A DNA stretch of 63,228 bases, the filler included, from Reclinomonas americana ATCC 50394 (Eukaryota): assembly GCA_048213135.1 (NCBI GenBank). It is 8 parts of 4 records of this genome, joined end to end, with 100 filler letters (N's around TTAATTAATTAA, not from the genome) between each part and the next. Parts side by side here need not be neighbours in the genome. Positions count along the whole stretch, not along the records: positions 56,319 to 60,344 come from PS015393.1; positions 60,445 to 63,228 come from PS015402.1; 6 more parts are not named here. The stretch is one strand, 5' to 3'. Positions 56,413-63,228 of the stretch are shown here, piece after piece. The first letter of the stretch is position 1. Each line of letters starts with the position of its first letter. The notes under the pieces were generated by a model. It saw nothing but the letters and a program-made list of their open reading frames with translations. It ran no database searches and was not told where the DNA came from. Both the position numbers and the translations under genes were made by a program.

Positions 56413-57821
56413 TCAGCGACGCTCGTCCGTGTCGGTGGCTCGTGAGCTTGCCCACGCTCTGGCGCGGTCCTCTTCGCTCATCGACCGCTCCACATCGGCG
56501 TCGCGCGGAGTGTTCAGTGGAGGCTGTGTGGGGCGACGACCGCGGTCAAAATCGTCAATGTCGGCGTCGGCGTCGCGGAATGAGGGCGGTCCACTGTTGC
56601 TGCTGCCCGATTGGAAGGGTGACGGTGCGCTGGCACTTGACAGCGGCAACAGGCGGAACAGGGTGCTGGCAATGGCGTTGATGGACGTGGAGAACTGGCG
56701 ACAGGAAGCGGGGGGGAATGAATTGGAGAGGCAGCGACACGGCTTCTGTTTGCGTGCACGCACCTGATTGTGCACATCGCCGAGCCACTCGAGCTCGTCG
56801 AGTCGCCGATCGAGGAAGCCCCATGTCTCCTTGAATCCGGGACTCCGATCGCGCAGCATGTACACCTCGGTGGCGCCGTAGACACCGGCCAGTGCCGCGC
56901 GCTTCAGGTACCATTTGTGCTGCATGTGGATGCGAAGAGTGAGCGAGTGAGTGAGGCGGTGAGCAGCTATGCATCGGACGAAACATCAATCGACGTGTCG
57001 CCGCAGTGATGCCAGATCTCGTCGACGAGCAGCGCGCCCTGTCGCAGACTATCCGGTAGCATTGGTGGCGACGCAAGCAGTGCCATGGCCTGTACACATC
57101 TCAGCAACAGACACACCACTCGACAAGGAAGACTGGGGCACGCAAACCTGCGGCCAGCTGGCCATAAACGGTTCGAGCATGAGCAGCCGCGTTCGAATGC
57201 ACGACTTGAGGCGATCGCGCACCGGCAGGCTGCACACCACACACACACCACCTCAGCGACCTGCGTGCGTGCTCTCAAGCAAAGAAGAAGAAGAAAGAAG
57301 ATGACGCAACGTGCGGAGATTGGTGTTGGCCAGCGTCCGCGACAGCTCCAGATTCGACGACTCCACCACGTACAGCGCCAACTCCGCCCCCGCACCTCGC
57401 GGGAACATGCCCAGTGCCGCCGGCGACAAGTTCAACTGCACGAGAGTCAGAGCAGACTGCGAGCAAAGCAGACAGAGAGGGAACGACGACGCAACATCAA
57501 CAAGCGCCGCCTTGACACTCTGCTCCGACCACCCATACCGATGCACATGCCCCAGCGCCTTCTCCAGCACCTGCTCGCGACGGCCCTTCCCGCCAGCCCC
57601 ATCACTAGCACTGCGAGACAGTGAGCAGCAAGCAAGCAGAGACAGAGACAGAGACTTTAGTGCTGGTACCGATCGCCCTCGCCCATGGCCGCCGCCAGAG
57701 TCGATGTCGACTCGCTGGCGGCTGCTTCTGAAGCAGACGATGACGTCACAGAGTCGCCAGTGAAGAGTCGAGCGCGTGAGATAAGCCGAGGGAGAACAAG
57801 AGCTCTGCGCAAGAGAAGCAT
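56413..57821 (-). CDS. COQ9: Ubiquinone biosynthesis protein COQ9, mitochondrial
   Basis: HVHRYGWS, GMFPRG, LVDEIWHHCGDTSID|HKWYLKRAALAGVYGATEVYMLRDRSPGFKETWGFLDRRL; Arg-rich presequence. Confidence 0.92.
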
Positions 57822-57896
57822 GATTGCGAAAAAAAGCAGCAGAAGCGAAAATTTCTCACTCTCTTTTTTGTGTGTCATCCTTTGTGTGAGGCGATA

Positions 57897-58772
57897 ATGG
57901 CGGCGGCAGCGGCAGGCGGAAAGACGGCGGCACCACTGCGGTGTGTGATCACACACACAGTGAGAGAGAGAGAGTGTGTGTGTGACACGTGTGTGACATG
58001 GCCATGTGTGTGCACAGTGAGATCTCGCGCTTGGAGGTGGCCGAGCACTGGAAGGACGATGATTGCTGGTTGATCATTGAGGGCAAGGTGTGTGTCTCTG
58101 TTGTCTCTCTCATGTGCACACACGCACGTGCGCTGACTTGCACATTCGTTTGTTTGGCAGGTCTTCAACGTGACCAAGTTCCTGCCCGATCACCCCGGAG
58201 GCGCAGACATTCTGTTGCGTAAGAGAGAGTGTGCTTGTGTGTGCGTGTGTAAGAGCTGTTGCTGATGATGATGCACGCGCAGGCTGGTGAGATACGCGTC
58301 GCATATCGGAGTTGATGCGCTGTTAGTTTTGAGTCACTCACCTCCGTCCTTGTGTGTCTTGCTTGACGCGCTCGCTGAGTGCAGGAGGAGGTACGCCTAT
58401 CATCCCTCTCTCTCACATTGCTCGTGTTCTCATTTGACTATGCAATGCAGGGCGGTGGCGATGCCACAGAGGGCTTCCTCAACGTGGCGCACAGCAGCAA
58501 CGCGCGCACTCAGATGGAGTCGTTCCTCGTCGGCACCGCCAAGTCCGAGACTGAGGAGGAGAAGCAGCAGCGGCTAAAGATGGTCGCCGAGCGCAGTTCC
58601 GTTCATCGCTCTCTGCATGTCTCGTTTGTGAGTCGTTTGCTGAACCCATTGCCCCGCAGGAAAGAAGGTGGCCGCCAACCGCCCCGGTGCCGGCAGTCCC
58701 GTGTGGCTCAAGCTGCTGGTGCCGCTGCTCATTGTCGTCTTTGCGCTGCTCACCCGCTTCATGGGCAAGTGA
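57897..58772 (+). CDS. CYB5: Cytochrome b5 with a C-terminal membrane anchor; includes 4-nt and 6-nt microexons
   Basis: EVAEH..DDCWLIIEGK|VFNVTKFLPDHPGGADILLEE|GGGDATEGFLNVAHS; transmembrane segment WLKLLVPLLIVVFALL. Confidence 0.92.
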
Positions 58773-59601
58773 GCTCCTTCTATTACCACACTGTTTTATC
58801 TCGCTGGATGGGGTGCTGCTGCTGCTGCTGTTGCGACGAGCGATGGGATGACCTCCCATTATTCGCCGCCGCCGCCGCACGTTCCCCTGTAGACTCTTTC
58901 TCTCTTTTCTTTTTGCGCCCGCCTGCGCATCGCTCTGGTCAGTAACTTGGATGATTGACAACCATTGCTGGTTTTCCTCAAGCACACCATCCACACAATC
59001 GTTCACTCGTTTCCGCACACAAGAGGGAGAGGAGACAAAAATCCTCTTGGCGTGGCAGCGACACGGGGGGAAAACAGACGACGATAATCAAGTACAGCAC
59101 GCACGAGCGCGCGCGACAAAACAACACGTTAACAACAACAGCNNNNNNNNNNNNNNNNNNNNNNNNNNNNNNNNNNNNNNNNNNNNNNNNNNNNNNNNNN
59201 NNNNNNNNNNNNNNNNNNNNNNNNNNNNNNNNNNNNNNNNNNNNNNNNNNNNNNNNNNNNNNNNNNNNNNNNNNNNNNNNNNNNNNNNNNNNNNNNNNNN
59301 NNNNNNNNNNNNNNNNNNNNNNNNNNNNNNNNNNNNNNNNNNNNNNNNNNNNNNNNNNNNNNNNNNNNNNNNNNNNNNNNNNNNNNNNNNNNNNNNNNNN
59401 NNNNNNNNNNNNNNNNNNNNNNNNNNNNNNNNNNNNNNNNNNNNNNNNNNNNNNNNNNNNNNNNNNNNNNNNNNNNNNNNNNNNNNNNNNNNNNNNNNNN
59501 NNNNNNNNNNNNNNNNNNNNNNNNNNNNNNNNNNNNNNNNNNNNNNNNNNNNNNNNNNNNNNNNNNNNNNNNNNNNNCTCTCTCTCTCTCTCTACACACA
59601 C

Positions 59602-60344
59602 ATGCGAGCAGAGCTGCTGCAGTGTGCGATTGCTGGGAACACGGATCAAGTGCGGGAGTTGTTGGATCGAGGCGTTCCGCCCACTGCGCTTGACAGGTAC
59701 GCCTGCACACACACACGCACACCTGTGTCTCCTTCTCTCTCTCTCTGTTCATGTCTTGGTTCATCATGGCCAACTGACACGCATCCCTCGGTCTTCGCAG
59801 TTTCAATCAGACTCCACTCTTCTACGCCATTCGCGACAACGACAGCGAGCTGGTGGAGCGGCTGATTGCGCTCGGCAACAGTGTGCATCACACGCAGGCG
59901 TCGGGTGGAGTGCCGCTGCACGGGTGCTCCATTTATGGGCGCACAGAAATTGCCGTGTTGCTGATTGACAAGTACGGGGCGGAGGTGAATGCGCCAAAGA
60001 ACGACGGGAAGACGCCGTTGCATCGGGCGTGTGGTGGTGGGCACTTGGAGACGGCAAGAGCGTTGTTGGAGAGGGGTGCGGATCTCGGCTGGGAGGATAA
60101 TGATGGAAGGACACCGCTCGACATTGTCAAGGCCGAGCATGCTGGTGTGTTGTCTTGTCTTCCTCCATCATGTCCATTGGTGTGTGTGTGTGTACTGACA
60201 AGTGTGGGGTTCATGCTGCAGCGCGGTGGCACGAGTTTTTGAGGGGTCTCACGCTGGACGAGGTGGAGACGGATCGGTAACAGCAGCAGCAGTGGGAGCA
60301 GTATGGCTCTCTGGTCACGCCACATGGCGTTATGTTGTGCTTTT
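59602..60344 (+). CDS. Ankyrin-repeat protein, partial
   Basis: QTPLFYA, GVPLHGCSIYG, GKTPLHRACGGGHLETARALLERGAD and GRTPLD. Confidence 0.88.
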
Positions 60345-60444
60345 NNNNNNNNNNNNNNNNNNNNNNNNNNNNNNNNNNNNNNNNNNNNTTAATTAATTAA
60401 NNNNNNNNNNNNNNNNNNNNNNNNNNNNNNNNNNNNNNNNNNNN

Positions 60445-62245
60445 GAGGGCGAGACCATTATTCAGGAGGCGGAGAACGAGCCAGAGTTTGACGGCAACGT
60501 GCTGATCCTGCGCGTGTTGAACATGCAAACCAAGTACCTCAACTTTGTCAAGGAGGAGTTTGAGAACTCGAACATTTTCCACCGCGCGCTGAAGGAGGCC
60601 TTCGAGGCCTTTGTCAACACCGAGGTGAAGATCAAGGACCAGCGCATGCTCATTGCAGAAGTCTTGTCGGCGTTCTGCGATTCAATGATGCGCAGCGGTC
60701 GCGAAAAGTACACTGACGAGGACATTGAGGTGCGTGCGCGCATTATTATGACCTGCCGTCTTTATTTGTGTTGACCGCGCTCACTCTGTATACGTCTTGC
60801 TTGCGGTGTGCAGGAGTTGCTGGAGAAGACGGTACATTTGTTCCAATATGTGCACGACAAGGACTACTTCCACGAGAGCTACAGGAAGCTGCTGGCGAAG
60901 CGCCTGCTGGAGAGTCAGATCAACGAGCACGAGGAGCGCATGCTCATTTCCAAGCTCAAGGTGCGCACGCGGGCGTGAACATGATTTTTGTAGGCGCAGT
61001 GGCCTGACTCGTTCCTTGCTGGAACAGATGCGACTTGGTGCGGCCTTCACCAACAAGCTGGAGACAATGATCAACGATCGCAACATGAGCACGGAGCAGA
61101 TGCAGCGGTTCAAGAAGTGGACTGNNNNNNNNNNNNNNNNNNNNNNNNNNNNNNNNNNNNNNNNNNNNNNNNNNNNNNNNNNNNNNNNNNNNNNNNNNNN
61201 NNNNNNNNNNNNNNNNNNNNNNNNNNNNNNNNNNNNNNNNNNNNNNNNNNNNNNNNNNNNNNNNNNNNNNNNNNNNNNNNNNNNNNNNNNNNNNNNNNNN
61301 NNNNNNNNNNNNNNNNNNNNNNNNNNNNNNNNNNNNNNNNNNNNNNNNNNNNNNNNNNNNNNNNNNNNNNNNNNNNNNNNNNNNNNNNNNNNNNNNNNNN
61401 NNNNNNNNNNNNNNNNNNNNNNNNNNNNNNNNNNNNNNNNNNNNNNNNNNNNNNNNNNNNNNNNNNNNNNNNNNNNNNNNNACTTGTTCCGACACATGAT
61501 CTTTGAGCACATTCGTCGCGAGGTGATGGGTGCGGTGCTGGAGAAAATCAACGAGGAGCGCAAGGGCGATGCGATTGATCGCTCAAAACTCAAGTCGGCG
61601 ATTGAGGTGAATGGCCGTCTTGTCGTCTCATCGCCTCCGGTTTTGCTGGAGAATCGGCTGACCGTTGTTGTCTGTCTCCGCCCAGGTGTTTGTGGAAATG
61701 GGCATTGAGGGCGAACTGTCAGTGTACAAGCGCGAGTTCGAGGAGCCGTTCCTCGTCGACACACGCAAGTTCTACATGATTGAGTCGTCGGCGTGGTTGG
61801 AGATGGACTCGTGCCCCGAGTACATGACCAAGGCCGAGCACCGCATTCATGAGGAGCAGCTGCGCGTCGAGCACTACCTGCACGCTACTACGCGAGACAA
61901 GCTGATGAGGTGGGTGGGATGGGGAGGGCGATGGGCATTCAGCAACCGAGTTGTCCGACACGTGATATGCGCGCGCACGCACACACAGAGTGGTGGACGA
62001 CGAGCTGCTGAAGAGTCACCAGGAGCAGTTGCTGAATATGGGCAACTCAGGTTTCCTGGCGTTGCTCCGCACGCAGGATCGTGACAGTTGCGCGTCCTCT
62101 CTTGTGTGTTGAGTACGGCCGCTGGAGTGAGTTAAGTGACTCACAACGTGCGCACACAGACCTCGGCTTGATGTACCGCCTGTTCCATCGGCTGACCGAC
62201 GGTCTGGAACCGATGGCACTGATGTTCAAGGAGGAGGTGAAGCGA
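60445..62245 (+). CDS. Cullin (CUL1-like) fragments, contigs out of order
   Basis: DKDYFHESYRKLLAKRLL, MLISKLK and FTNKLETMIND in 60445-61124; the upstream-type segment INEERKGDAIDR, YKREFEEPFL, SCPEYM, DLGLMYRLF lies after it in 61482-62245. Confidence 0.88.
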
Positions 62246-62728
62246 NNNNNNNNNNNNNNNNNNNNNNNNNNNNNNNNNNNNNNNNNNNNNNNNNNNNNNN
62301 NNNNNNNNNNNNNNNNNNNNNNNNNNNNNNNNNNNNNNNNNNNNNNNNNNNNNNNNNNNNNNNNNNNNNNNNNNNNNNNNNNNNNNNNNNNNNNNNNNNN
62401 NNNNNNNNNNNNNNNNNNNNNNNNNNNNNNNNNNNNNNNNNNNNNNNNNNNNNNNNNNNNNNNNNNNNNNNNNNNNNNNNNNNNNNNNNNNNNNNNNNNN
62501 NNNNNNNNNNNNNNNNNNNNNNNNNNNNNNNNNNNNNNNNNNNNNNNNNNNNNNNNNNNNNNNNNNNNNNNNNNNNNNNNNNNNNNNNNNNNNNNNNNNN
62601 NNNNNNNNNNNNNNNNNNNCCATGCCGACCACACGCAACGCCTACATAAAAACAAACACACACACACATGAGGAAACGACGGCACGTCGCTGGCCGCAAA
62701 CGACGGGCGGGCGAGCGAGGAGTCGCAC

Positions 62729-63200
62729 CTTGGACTCGCCGTGCGTGGTGTAGTAGCGATCGAGATAGGCAAAGAGACGTTGCAGCCAGCGCACAATGAC
62801 CTTGTGATTCTCCCATCGCCGGCACAATTCCATCAGCAACTCGACACTGTGTTTTTCCCTAATGGCTGGCACCACACGCTTTCTCAAGTAGTTCTCCACC
62901 CACGCTTGATAGCCCTACAACGCGGGAGAGACGTACACATTCGAGTGAGGTCGAGTTGAACCAAAGTGAGATGGTGCGCGCCATCACAACTGCACCCCGC
63001 ACGCACGCACGCACCTCATACAGACGGTCTTGGTTGGTCTTCTGTGGCGGCTGGTTGCGCTGCGCTCGCGTCTGTGTCGGGTTGATCATGTTGCCCTGAG
63101 GGAACGCACGCGCGTGCGTGTGTGAGTGCGGACAACATCGCACACGCCAAACAACACACACACACACCTTGGCAATACTCAAATTGTACACCACACTGTG
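62729..63200 (-). CDS. Cullin N-terminal fragment (probably the same gene, inverted contig)
   Basis: VYNLSIAK; ENYLRKRVVPAIREKH..LLMELCRRWENHKVIVRWLQRLFAYLDRYY. Confidence 0.85.
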
Positions 63201-63228
63201 ACACAGGCAGTGTCAGTAACAGGAGAGA

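Noticed and set aside
60445..63228. Scrambled or inverted cullin gene suggesting programmed rearrangement or trans-splicing
   Set aside because: Every order or strand change coincides with an N gap, as it does for the H-lectin and EGF genes; mis-scaffolding is the simpler explanation

Overview
This is gene-dense, GC-rich eukaryotic nuclear DNA, probably from a flagellated protist (inferred from gene content; the organism was not identified). Contigs are joined by N gaps and by artificial TTAATTAATTAA linkers. It holds about 23 intron-rich genes or fragments, with most introns about 70-100 nt, CTRAC/CTCAC branch points and YAG acceptors. Recognisable products are LST8, UMP-CMP kinase, TSNAXIP1-like, BLTP3/chorein-N+PH, GNPAT-like acyltransferase, CMC2, thioredoxin reductase, saccharopine dehydrogenase, an EGF-repeat protein, HSP70, an LYR protein, H-type and L-type lectins, a MADS-box factor, a RING protein, COQ9, cytochrome b5, an ankyrin protein and a cullin. 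Three signals stand out. (1) An abundant second class of 5' splice donor, H|GTTGCG, is shifted 1 nt relative to the common GTGCG donor; it is needed to restore reading frames at more than 25 introns and is never preceded by exonic G. (2) The thioredoxin reductase is a selenoprotein with an unusual C-terminal C-S-T-U-G redox motif, a SECIS element and a hairpin that splicing brings next to the UGA. (3) Cytochrome b5 needs 4-nt and 6-nt microexons. All gene models were built by hand and have no transcript support.
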